64,000 nucleotides of DNA from an uncultured Lachnospiraceae bacterium. GTDB lineage: Bacteria; Bacillota; Clostridia; Lachnospirales; Lachnospiraceae. The notes below the pieces were generated by a model. That model was not told where the DNA came from. It did not search any database and saw only the letters and a program-made list of their open reading frames with translations. A program made the translations under genes and the position numbers. Within the stretch, counting starts at the first letter, position 1. Each line of letters begins with the position of its first letter. The DNA lies in NCBI GenBank assembly GCA_947626915.1, contig CANQUA010000008.1, forward strand, positions 135 to 64,134, written 5' to 3'. Below, piece after piece: positions 9,497 through 17,485 of the stretch.

Positions 9497-9705
9497 CAGG
9501 AATTCAGTCCGGGGGATGGTTTTCGTTATTCGGCGGATTCTTATTATCGAACAAATGATACTCGTTGCCTGATGGTTTTCGCCGCTTGATGGACGATTCC
9601 ATCATCGGATGGATTTTTGCTGCCTGATAGACGATGCCCGTCACCTGATGGATTTTCGTTACCTGACGCGTAATTCTCATCGTACGATCATAAGGGGGAT
9701 TATTT

Positions 9706-10599
9706 ATGGAAATGTGGTTATGGGCACTGAGCGGTATCATGGCAGCCGCCATTCTTTTACTGCTTCTCAAAATACATGCCCTGCAAACGGCCGCAAAGGA
9801 AATCGAGAGCGCCTTTGCCGACAGGCTCATGACTGATACCAACACGCTGATCGATCTCTCTTCCGCGGACCGGCACATGCGCCGCCTGGCAAACGGCATC
9901 AACGTCCAGCTGAGAAAGCTGCGGGAGGAACGGCGCCGTTTCGAGCAGGGAGATCTGGAACTCAAAAACGCGGTCACAAACATTTCCCACGATCTGCGTA
10001 CCCCTTTGACGGCCATCTGCGGCTACCTGGATCTGCTGGAAGAGGAGGAAACGTCCGAAAAAGCGGCCTATTATCTGCAGATCATCCGGGACCGGGCAGA
10101 GCTTTTAACGCAGCTGACGGAAGAATTGTTCCGATATTCGGTCATCCTTTCCGCCGAAAGCAGCGGGAACTGGGAGCCTGTGAATGTGGGCGGTGTGCTG
10201 GAAGAAAGCATCGCGTCGTTCTACACGGCGCTAAAAGAGCGGGACATTTCGCCAACGATCCGGATCCCGGAAAAGAAAATCGTCCGGACGCTGGACCGCT
10301 CCGCTCTGGCCCGCGTATTCTCCAATCTGCTGAACAACGCAATCAAGTACAGCGACGGCGATCTGGAGATCATCCTATCGGAAACAGGCGCGGTGATCTT
10401 CACGAACACGGCGTCCGGATTAAACGAAGTACAGGTAGGAAGACTGTTCGACCGCTTTTATACGGTCGAAGCCGCCAGGAAATCGACGGGCCTGGGCCTG
10501 GCGATCGCCAGAACGCTGATCGAGCAGATGAACGGGACCATATCCGCCGAATACCAAAATAACCGGCTGAACATTACCATCGCGCTGCCGGACGAGTAA
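9706..10599 (+). CDS. Sensor histidine kinase
   Basis: NISHDLRTPL, NLLNNAIKY, STGLGL. Confidence 0.93.
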   Translation: MEMWLWALSGIMAAAILLLLLKIHALQTAAKEIESAFADRLMTDTNTLIDLSSADRHMRRLANGINVQLRKLREERRRFEQGDLELKNAVTNISHDLRTPLTAICGYLDLLEEEETSEKAAYYLQIIRDRAELLTQLTEELFRYSVILSAESSGNWEPVNVGGVLEESIASFYTALKERDISPTIRIPEKKIVRTLDRSALARVFSNLLNNAIKYSDGDLEIILSETGAVIFTNTASGLNEVQVGRLFDRFYTVEAARKSTGLGLAIARTLIEQMNGTISAEYQNNRLNITIALPDE

Positions 10600-10601
10600 G
10601 G

Positions 10602-10644
10602 GACAACGCCTGCGGGAGTTTGGCAGCTCCTCGCGGGCGTTGTC
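10602..10644 (+). terminator. Stem-loop downstream of the kinase
   Basis: GACAACGCC...GGCGTTGTC stem; weak T tail. Confidence 0.5.
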
Positions 10645-10707
10645 TTATGGGGGCGGACGCCGCGTCTACCTGCGCCCCGTATCGGCCCACCAAAAACGTT
10701 TTCCTCG

Positions 10708-10737
10708 TTATATGGGACAAACACCGGCTCATATATT
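10708..10737 (+). promoter_or_regulatory. sigmaE/sigmaK-like promoter ahead of the small ORF and LSR2
   Basis: TTATATG...CATATATT; ATA to CATA spacing 17 bp. Confidence 0.45.
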
Positions 10738-10812
10738 AGAATACGCCGTCGATCTGCTGTACGGTTCTACACAGCAGATACCGGCTGACTCTTTTGGAAA
10801 ACGAGGGAAACA

Positions 10813-11049
10813 TTGGCTGTGAAAACCAGGGAATTCGTTTATACGGGCGGCCCCGTTCCCGATCTGGACGGACCGGAATACGCGGCGTTCCTTTTGAATC
10901 TGCAAAAAGGGATCCTCCTTTCTCTGGAGCAGAGGAACCTATTGACCGCTTCGCAGCGGGAGCGCTGTCTGGCCATGCTCAAGGATCCGTGCATACAAAA
11001 GGCCAAAGCCACGTCCGCTGGGCCCGCCGGGAAAGGGGGTTCCGCATGA
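10813..11049 (+). CDS. 78-aa helical protein; candidate directionality factor for LSR2
   Basis: GAGGG RBS; stop overlaps the LSR2 ATG (ATGA at 11046-11049); function inferred from position. Confidence 0.65.
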   Translation: MAVKTREFVYTGGPVPDLDGPEYAAFLLNLQKGILLSLEQRNLLTASQRERCLAMLKDPCIQKAKATSAGPAGKGGSA

Positions 11050-12758
11050 ACCGGTATGAGCGCCTGAACCAGAAACAAAAGGCTGTGACCACGAAGAAAA
11101 AAGTTGCGGCGTACTGCCGGGTCTCCACCGACGGCGAGGATCAGGCCAACTCGTTTGAAAGCCAAAAACGGTATTTCCGGCAGTATATCGAGCGCAATCC
11201 CGACTGGGAGCTTTACGAAATATTTGCCGACGAGGGTATCTCCGGCACAAACACCCGGAAGCGAAACGCATTTAACCGCATGATCGCCTGCGCCAAAAAC
11301 GGCGATTTCGATCTGATCATCACCAAAGAGATCTCCCGCTTCGCCAGAAACACACTGGACAGTATCTACTATACCCGGGACCTGAAAAAACATGGAATCG
11401 GCGTGATCTTTCTGAACGACAACATCCATACACTGGACAGCGACGCGGAGCTGCGCCTCGCCATCCTGTCTTCCATCGCGCAGGAGGAAAGCCGAAAGAC
11501 CTCGGAGCGTGTGAAATGGGGACAGAAACGCCGGATGGAACAGGGCGTCGTGTTCGGCAGGGACCTGCTCGGCTACGACGTCCGCGGCGGCAAATTGTAT
11601 ATCAATGAAGAGGGGGCAAAGATCGTCCGCCTTATCTTTCATAAATTTGTGGACGAGAGAAAAGGTACCCACGTCATCGCCCGGGAGCTTCGGGAGGAGG
11701 GGATCCCGCCCTGCCGCGGAAAGGAATGGCAGCATACCGTCATTCTCCGCATACTCCGCAACGAAAAATACTGCGGCGACCTGGTACAGAAAAAGACCTA
11801 TACGCCGGACTTTTTGTCCCACGAAAAGAAATACAACCGCGGACAGGAGGAATTTGTCATCCTGAAAGACCACCATGAGCCGATCGTTTCCCGCGAGCTG
11901 TTCGACGAGGCCAACCGGATCCTGGACGAGCGCTCCCGCACGGCTGCGGGAAAAGCAAGGTACTGCCATCCGGCCGCGCCAAATACAGAGGACGAACGTT
12001 CCTGCACAGTTGCAGGAAAGATCAGGTACTCCAGCCGCCACACGTTCTCCGGGAAGATCCGGTGCGGACAATGCGGCCACAGCTATGTGGCACGATATAA
12101 GACCCGCAGGGACGGGAGCCGGTACAGGGCGTGGCGCTGTCTGGAAGCCGTCCGAAACGGCCCTCCTCGTTCGGATTCGGCAGGCAGTCCGGCCGGCTGC
12201 GCATCTCCCGGTATCCGCAATGAGGATGCCGTCCATCTCATGTGCCTCGTCACAAAGGCGCTGAGATTCGACCGCTCAAAGTTCCAGGACCGTCTGCTCT
12301 CTGTGATCCGAACCGCAATCGCCACGGATGCCGGGGGCGCGGATACCGAAAAGCGAAAGGCGCGGATCCAGGCCATAGAAAACAAACGGGCCCGGCTGAT
12401 CGAACTCTATCTGGCCGGCGATGTGACAAAAGAGGAATTTACAGCCGCCAGCGCAAAATGCGACAGCGAGATCGCCGGGCTGCAGCCGGACACAGCAAAG
12501 ATGGAGCGGCAGCCGGCGCAGCCCCCGCGGAAGCAGCAGGAGCTGATCCGCGCGATGGACGGCGCGGTCTCTGAGCTTTTAAACGGTGTGGAATACGAGG
12601 ATACGTTTTACCGGCAGATCCTGGATCAGATGGTGGTGATAGACCGCGACCATATAGACGTGTATCTGCATTTTCTTCCGGTCAAATGGAGCTACACGGC
12701 CGCGGGATGCGGAAATGCTCCGCGCCGGAGACCCGCTCAACCGAAAAAGAGCCCCTGA
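11046..12758 (+). CDS. Large serine recombinase LSR2 (570 aa; start reassigned from 10794)
   Basis: AAYCRVST, FADEGISG, KEISRFAR, HHEPIVS, CGQCG zinc ribbon, coiled coil; GGGGG RBS before ATG 11046. Confidence 0.94.
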   Translation: MNRYERLNQKQKAVTTKKKVAAYCRVSTDGEDQANSFESQKRYFRQYIERNPDWELYEIFADEGISGTNTRKRNAFNRMIACAKNGDFDLIITKEISRFARNTLDSIYYTRDLKKHGIGVIFLNDNIHTLDSDAELRLAILSSIAQEESRKTSERVKWGQKRRMEQGVVFGRDLLGYDVRGGKLYINEEGAKIVRLIFHKFVDERKGTHVIARELREEGIPPCRGKEWQHTVILRILRNEKYCGDLVQKKTYTPDFLSHEKKYNRGQEEFVILKDHHEPIVSRELFDEANRILDERSRTAAGKARYCHPAAPNTEDERSCTVAGKIRYSSRHTFSGKIRCGQCGHSYVARYKTRRDGSRYRAWRCLEAVRNGPPRSDSAGSPAGCASPGIRNEDAVHLMCLVTKALRFDRSKFQDRLLSVIRTAIATDAGGADTEKRKARIQAIENKRARLIELYLAGDVTKEEFTAASAKCDSEIAGLQPDTAKMERQPAQPPRKQQELIRAMDGAVSELLNGVEYEDTFYRQILDQMVVIDRDHIDVYLHFLPVKWSYTAAGCGNAPRRRPAQPKKSP

Positions 12759-12776
12759 CAAGGAGCATTTCAGGGG

Positions 12777-12786
12777 CTTCCGTACC
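12777..12786. repeat. att core, right junction of the LSR2 element
   Basis: CTTCCGTACC preceded by arm AGGAGCATTTCAGGGGCTTC. Confidence 0.9.
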
Positions 12787-12969
12787 TACATCGGTCAGTA
12801 CCGCCTTTCCGATGTCATAGGGCATCGCGTAACGCTGGGACAGATAGCGCATGGAAGCCGCGCTTTCCCCGTCCGGACCGCCGTACTGGCTGGCAATAAA
12901 CTGGGCCAGCTGCGGATTGGGGTTCGTAATCTTTACCGGGTACTGCAGGCGTTTTTCATATCTCCACAT
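12778..12969 (-). pseudogene. cotJC: cotJC piece A (codons 1-64); reads into att sequence and stops at 12682
   Basis: MWRYEKRLQYPVKI...QYGGPDGESAASMRYLSQRY...LTDVGTE; directly follows cotJB. Confidence 0.93.
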
Positions 12970-12972
12970 ATA

Positions 12973-13230
12973 CTAACGTCCTCCTTCCCAGGGCCAGGGA
13001 CCCTGCGCCCACATCCAATAGCCGCCGGCCGGGCTGACGCTCTCGGCGGTCAGCGGGCCGTAACCGGACTGATACGCGTTCATCGCGTCGCCGCGCATCC
13101 GCACGACCGACTGATAATAGGCCAGCGCCATCTGGTCGCAGGGATGCGTATCCAGAAACAGCGCGGCATCGTCCATGGCGAAACTGGTCTGATCGATGAC
13201 ATTTAAAAGCTGCTTCTCATTCTCAGACAT
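12973..13230 (-). CDS. cotJB: Spore coat protein CotJB
   Basis: LLNVIDQTSFAMDDAALFLDTHP...YGPLT...WMWAQGPWPWE. Confidence 0.93.
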   Translation of the reverse strand: MSENEKQLLNVIDQTSFAMDDAALFLDTHPCDQMALAYYQSVVRMRGDAMNAYQSGYGPLTAESVSPAGGYWMWAQGPWPWEGGR

Positions 13231-13432
13231 GGGCGCACCTCCCTATGACAAACGGATAATCCAGCTCCGGGAAAATGGTTCCCTGTCTCAGGCCCTGCTC
13301 CAGGGTATACGTCTGACGCCACTGCTGCCACGGGACATACCCCATGCCCACGGGAAACTGTTCGATACAGCCGGCTCCGCTATTGGGACAGTTCATGGCC
13401 GCAGGCGACTGGTTCCTGCAAGAACAACTCAT
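13223..13432 (-). CDS. cotJA: Spore coat associated protein CotJA
   Basis: GMGYVPWQQW...LRQGTIFPELDYPF; overlaps cotJB start. Confidence 0.92.
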   Translation of the reverse strand: MSCSCRNQSPAAMNCPNSGAGCIEQFPVGMGYVPWQQWRQTYTLEQGLRQGTIFPELDYPFVIGRCAHV

Positions 13433-13474
13433 GAAAACGACGACTCCTCTCTGACTGAATGTTTTGATATTACT

Positions 13475-13505
13475 AATTTATGAGGGAAGCGCCGTTTCGT
13501 GTATT
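13475..13505 (-). promoter_or_regulatory. sigmaE/sigmaK-like promoter of the cotJ operon
   Basis: Minus strand GAATACAC...CATAAATT. Confidence 0.5.
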
Positions 13506-13520
13506 CACAGAGCCTGTAAA

Positions 13521-14756
13521 TTATGCGTAATTTTTTAAAAATGTCCGGGCCATTTCCACTGTATGGGCCGCGAAATCCTGCCGGTAGCCCGCCGCCGGGT
13601 CCGAATCCCCGTGACTGAATACCCACGCCAGCAGCTGGATACGCCTGGCCATGAAAAACGCGGGGATCTCCCGGCGATCCCGATCGGTCAGGGGCCGCAG
13701 GCTCTCGTAACCCTCCAGCCAGGCCCGCACCCACTGCGGCAGCCGCGGATCATGCTCGATAAAACTGAACGACGCGGCCAGGTCATAGAGAAACCATCCG
13801 TAGCCGCAGTCGTCAAAATCCAGGACGCAAAATCGCCCGCCTCTGCCGCGGAGCAGGTTGGCGGAGCGCAGATCGGCATGGATCAGGCCGTAGTTTTCCC
13901 TGGTCCTGCCGTAGCTTTGCAGACGCCGGCCGATCACGCCGCAGACCGTTTCCAGCAGGTCCCGCGCGGAAGCGTCCAGGTCGCCGCAGGCTCTCCAGTC
14001 CCCGAAAAGCCCGTTCCGGCCTGTCATGGCCTCCATGTCCCAGTGAGGACGACGCAAAGCGCCGCTCTCTCCCCAGCTCATAACCTGCCGGTGAAGCGCC
14101 GCCGCAATCCGTCCGATCTGCCGGAAGTCTGCCGTGTCCTCCGGATGCGCACCCTCCGCATACGCAAACATGACGCAGGGAAAGTCCCTGCCGCCCGCTT
14201 TCGCCATAGTGAGCCGTCCGCCATGCCGGTTTCTCAAAGGCCTTGCGACGGCAAATTCCCTGCTCTCCCCCTCACCCGGACGGGAAATCCCCGTCTGCCG
14301 CGGCTGCGCCTCTCCGCGCCGGTCCGTTTCCGGCGAAAGCGCCGCTTTCCGCAGACCGTTCTCTCCGTTCAGTTCTTCCAGCCAGCGCAGCTCCGCTTCG
14401 ATCTCCGCCGCCGTATGGTACCCCGGCCGGGACACGCGCAGGACCGCGACGGGATATTCCGCCGAACTTCCCGGCTCGTCCTCTCTCCCGCCGCTTCCTC
14501 CGCCCGGCGAAAAACGGCACCCCGCTTCACCCAAACGCGGCCCGGCGTTCCTGGCCCCGGCTTCCCCGTGCAAAAGGAAACGGCTCCCCTTCAGGCCGCC
14601 GTCTCCATCCTTTTCTTCTGTCTGTTTCCGCACCACAGCGAACGTCACATTCTCCGAACGGTAAAGAAGCCGCAGTCCGCAGCCCTCCATCCCGTCATAC
14701 GCGCCGATCACTGCCCGGGCCGCCTCATAAAACGGCCCCATATCCTGAAAATTCAT
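13521..14756 (-). CDS. APH-family phosphotransferase (YerI/homoserine kinase type II-like) with low-complexity insertions
   Basis: LIHADLRSANLL and VLDFDDCGYG motifs; start reassigned to ATG 14756 (GGAGG RBS). Confidence 0.8.
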   Translation of the reverse strand: MNFQDMGPFYEAARAVIGAYDGMEGCGLRLLYRSENVTFAVVRKQTEEKDGDGGLKGSRFLLHGEAGARNAGPRLGEAGCRFSPGGGSGGREDEPGSSAEYPVAVLRVSRPGYHTAAEIEAELRWLEELNGENGLRKAALSPETDRRGEAQPRQTGISRPGEGESREFAVARPLRNRHGGRLTMAKAGGRDFPCVMFAYAEGAHPEDTADFRQIGRIAAALHRQVMSWGESGALRRPHWDMEAMTGRNGLFGDWRACGDLDASARDLLETVCGVIGRRLQSYGRTRENYGLIHADLRSANLLRGRGGRFCVLDFDDCGYGWFLYDLAASFSFIEHDPRLPQWVRAWLEGYESLRPLTDRDRREIPAFFMARRIQLLAWVFSHGDSDPAAGYRQDFAAHTVEMARTFLKNYA

Positions 14757-14764
14757 CCTCCGGT

Positions 14765-15301
14765 CTACGCCTCCAGCTCCCGGGCCGCAGCCGCTTCCTT
14801 TTCCGCGGAGGATCTCAAGCCTGCCATCCCCTGGCGGACCGCAATCACCTTCCATATGCCGTCGTCCGTCTCCCGCTCCGTGCGCGGCTCCGGTTCCTGG
14901 TTCATCAGGCGCGTGTAACAATAGCGGATGATATCCCGCCTGCGGATGATCCCGATGAAGTTTTTCTGATCGTCCACCACCGGCACAAAATTCTGGTTCA
15001 GGGCTTTCTCAATCAGGTCTTCCATGGTCGCGTCCACATGGACCGGCTGATAATCCGTGCGCCGCGGAATCGAAGACACCCGAATCTTCTCCGCATTCTT
15101 CAGGCTCAGATTGTACTGGTTCTTGATGCCCCAGAGCATGTCTCCCTCTGTAATGGAACCTATGTATTTTCCCTTGCGGTTCAGAACCGGCACGGCGGAA
15201 TATTTGTGTCCTTCCATCTTCTCCAGCGCCTGGCGCAGGGAATCGTCATCGAAAATGAACGCTACTTCGCTCTTTGGTGTCAGAAAAAATAATATGTTCA
15301 T
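14765..15301 (-). CDS. CBS-domain protein (YkuL-like)
   Basis: MNILFFLTPKSEVAF, YSAVPVL, GSITEGD, NFVPVVDD. Confidence 0.88.
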   Translation of the reverse strand: MNILFFLTPKSEVAFIFDDDSLRQALEKMEGHKYSAVPVLNRKGKYIGSITEGDMLWGIKNQYNLSLKNAEKIRVSSIPRRTDYQPVHVDATMEDLIEKALNQNFVPVVDDQKNFIGIIRRRDIIRYCYTRLMNQEPEPRTERETDDGIWKVIAVRQGMAGLRSSAEKEAAAARELEA

Positions 15302-15547
15302 CCGTTACCCCCGTAGCAAATATTCTGATCTCTGTTCTGTCAGTATTTATATCATAGCATATGTGTCTAAAGACTCTGTGAACAAATTATTAGGTTTTTA
15401 TAAACTTTCTTACGATATTATGAGCACACTGCACAATTTTTCATTGTGAGCGCATGATTTTCTCGTCAAAACAGAAAATCCGCGGCGGCATCCGGCTCAA
15501 AAACCGGTTCATACCGCCGCAATTTTTCCGCTTAACACGGCCCCGTT

Positions 15548-16417
15548 TTATTCAAAATAGTCCAGCGGGTCCAGCGTACCGTCGCCATGCTGCAGTTCGA
15601 AATACACATTGCTGCCCTCAATGGAGTAATATTTGGTCGGCTCCGCCACATAACCCAGGATCCGGCCCGCCTCCAGATACTCATTTTCCACCACCTGGAT
15701 CTCTTTCAGCTGGCCGCAGGTGACCGAATAATCATTGCCCAGATCCAGTATCACGTAATTTCCGATCTCCTCGTTGGTACCCAGCGCCATGACCCTGGCG
15801 TTGGCCGGCGCCTGGACCGGGTCGCTGACCTCAGCCTGGATTACCACGCCCGGATTGCACTGGTACTGCGCTAACGTCGGGAAATAAATGGTCGTATCCA
15901 TGCTGTAATCCAGCAGGATATTGCCCCGAACCGGCCAGGCCAGACGGCTGGCATCCGAAAAATCCAGGATCAGGGGCGTAGCCGCTTCCAGACCGGTGCC
16001 GGCCTGGGCCGCGTCCGACGCTTCCGCATCCGGCTCTGCGCTCTCCGCCTGCGCCAGTTCCGTTCCCGGCTGTTCGTCGGGGGCCGCCGCTTCCGGCTGC
16101 GTCTCCGAAGCTGCGTAAGCGCTCGGCTCTGCCGCTTCCGTCCTCTCCTCCGTGGCCGCGGCTGTCGTCTGTTCCGGAACGGCCGCGTTGCTGTTTCCGG
16201 CCAGGTAGAACTCCTCCGTCTCCTGCGTCGGATCTTCTTCCGCAATCATCGCTCCCGGATCCTGCATCTGGATGTACGGATTTTCCTCTCCGGGCAGCTT
16301 TCCTCTCTGAATCGTAACAACGCCCGCTGCGGCTACAATAGTCAGCAGGCCCAGCACCAGCATGACAAGAAACAGTTTGTCCTTGAATAACTGATTAAAT
16401 TTCTCTTTCACCTTCAT
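15548..16417 (-). CDS. spoIIQ: M23/LytM peptidase-like membrane protein, SpoIIQ-like
   Basis: N-terminal TM, acidic linker, degenerate LytM domain, adjacent to spoIID; GAGGTG RBS. Confidence 0.7.
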   Translation of the reverse strand: MKVKEKFNQLFKDKLFLVMLVLGLLTIVAAAGVVTIQRGKLPGEENPYIQMQDPGAMIAEEDPTQETEEFYLAGNSNAAVPEQTTAAATEERTEAAEPSAYAASETQPEAAAPDEQPGTELAQAESAEPDAEASDAAQAGTGLEAATPLILDFSDASRLAWPVRGNILLDYSMDTTIYFPTLAQYQCNPGVVIQAEVSDPVQAPANARVMALGTNEEIGNYVILDLGNDYSVTCGQLKEIQVVENEYLEAGRILGYVAEPTKYYSIEGSNVYFELQHGDGTLDPLDYFE

Positions 16418-16480
16418 CACCTCGGTACTATTTTTACCAAAGGAAGGTGACTTATTCATGGATTCCCGCGAAATGCAAAT

Positions 16481-17419
16481 TTATTGAACGATCAGTTCCA
16501 CATCCGCATAATAATAGTGAAGGATCTCCTCGGCGCTCCACCCTTCCGCCGCCAAATGATGGGCCCCGTACTGGCTCATGCCGTAACCGTGCCCCAGACC
16601 TTTGCAGACCACCTGAATCTTTCCCTCGTGGTCCTTAACCGTAAACGCGGAGGACGGCAGGCCCAGATACAGGCGCACCTGTTCCCCCGTATAAATATGG
16701 CTGTCGATCTGAATCTCCTTCACATACCCGGACTTTTCCCTCTCCACTACCTGGATCGTGTCCAAAATCTGCTCCGGCCGGGAAGAAATCCGGGAAGACG
16801 CGCCGTTTTGGTTCATCCTGCTTATAAATTCCTCCGCGTCCCATTCCAGTACCGTCATGTAATTTTCCGCCTCCACGTCGAAACTGCTGTCCACCGACAA
16901 AAGATAGGGATGAAGCGCGTCCCCGTCCCTCGTCGTCCCTGCGCTGGCGCGGTGAAACAGCGGCTCGATCAGCGCTCCGTCCCAGACCAGCACCTGCCCG
17001 GCCGTTCCTTCCACCGCGGACCGTATTTTCTCAAAGTATTCCGCAAAATGGCTCTCGCCCCACAGCTTCGTCAGAGCGGCCTCCCCCGGATAGTCCAGGT
17101 TCAGGCTGCCGGCGGCGATCTCCTCCGCCCCGTCCATCTGCCTGAAGAGACAGGTCCGCGCGGCCACGGCCTGGGCTTTCAGCGCCTCCGGCTCATATTC
17201 TGCCGGTATCTGCCCGGCGACCACGCCGATCAGAAATTCTTCCGCATCCACATACCCGCCCGGTCCCCCGTCCAGATAAATCCGCCTGCCGCTGCCGGGG
17301 CGTTCCTGCTCCCGCACGCCGTAAATTTGTCCGCTCCAGGCCAGCGTCAGCACATAGGGCAGCAAAAGTACCGCCAGAAGACCGATGAAAAAGCGACGCA
17401 ACAAAAAGCCTCCCCTCAT
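16481..17419 (-). CDS. spoIID: Stage II sporulation protein D (SpoIID/LytB)
   Basis: EALKAQAVAART, GLGHGYGMSQYGA, ILHYYY. Confidence 0.88.
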   Translation of the reverse strand: MRGGFLLRRFFIGLLAVLLLPYVLTLAWSGQIYGVREQERPGSGRRIYLDGGPGGYVDAEEFLIGVVAGQIPAEYEPEALKAQAVAARTCLFRQMDGAEEIAAGSLNLDYPGEAALTKLWGESHFAEYFEKIRSAVEGTAGQVLVWDGALIEPLFHRASAGTTRDGDALHPYLLSVDSSFDVEAENYMTVLEWDAEEFISRMNQNGASSRISSRPEQILDTIQVVEREKSGYVKEIQIDSHIYTGEQVRLYLGLPSSAFTVKDHEGKIQVVCKGLGHGYGMSQYGAHHLAAEGWSAEEILHYYYADVELIVQ

Positions 17420-17446
17420 GTCCTGTCCGGAAACCCATCCCGGAAC

Positions 17447-17475
17447 ATTCTATGAAGGGAGGCTGGTTTTTATGT
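17447..17475 (-). promoter_or_regulatory. sigmaE promoter of spoIID
   Basis: Minus strand CATA(ATA)-16 bp-CATAGAAT. Confidence 0.7.
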
Positions 17476-17485
17476 GAAAATTCTC

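Larger units (their letters stand above)
6857..12786. mobile_element. 5,928-bp LSR2 intervening element in cotJC (skin-like)
   Basis: 10-bp direct-repeat cores, about 20-bp inverted inner arms, LSR at the right end; removal restores the cotJC frame. Confidence 0.92.

Noticed and set aside
9515-9675. CRISPR array
   Set aside because: Repeats are degenerate, there are no distinct spacers and no cas genes; no CRISPR array was seen anywhere in the window
10794-11045. N-terminal extension of LSR2 in the 654-aa track ORF
   Set aside because: It overlaps the better-supported 78-aa ORF; recombinase similarity and an RBS begin at ATG 11046
12682-12777. C-terminal APEMLLVRG... tail of the 95-aa ORF as real CotJC sequence
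   Set aside because: It is read-through into the att arm and the antisense LSR2 end
6857-12786. Prophage or conjugative element
   Set aside because: No structural, replication, relaxase or type IV secretion genes in either element's visible part
15301-15548. spoIIID expected after spoIID-spoIIQ
   Set aside because: No such ORF in the gap; its absence is probably ordinary gene-order variation
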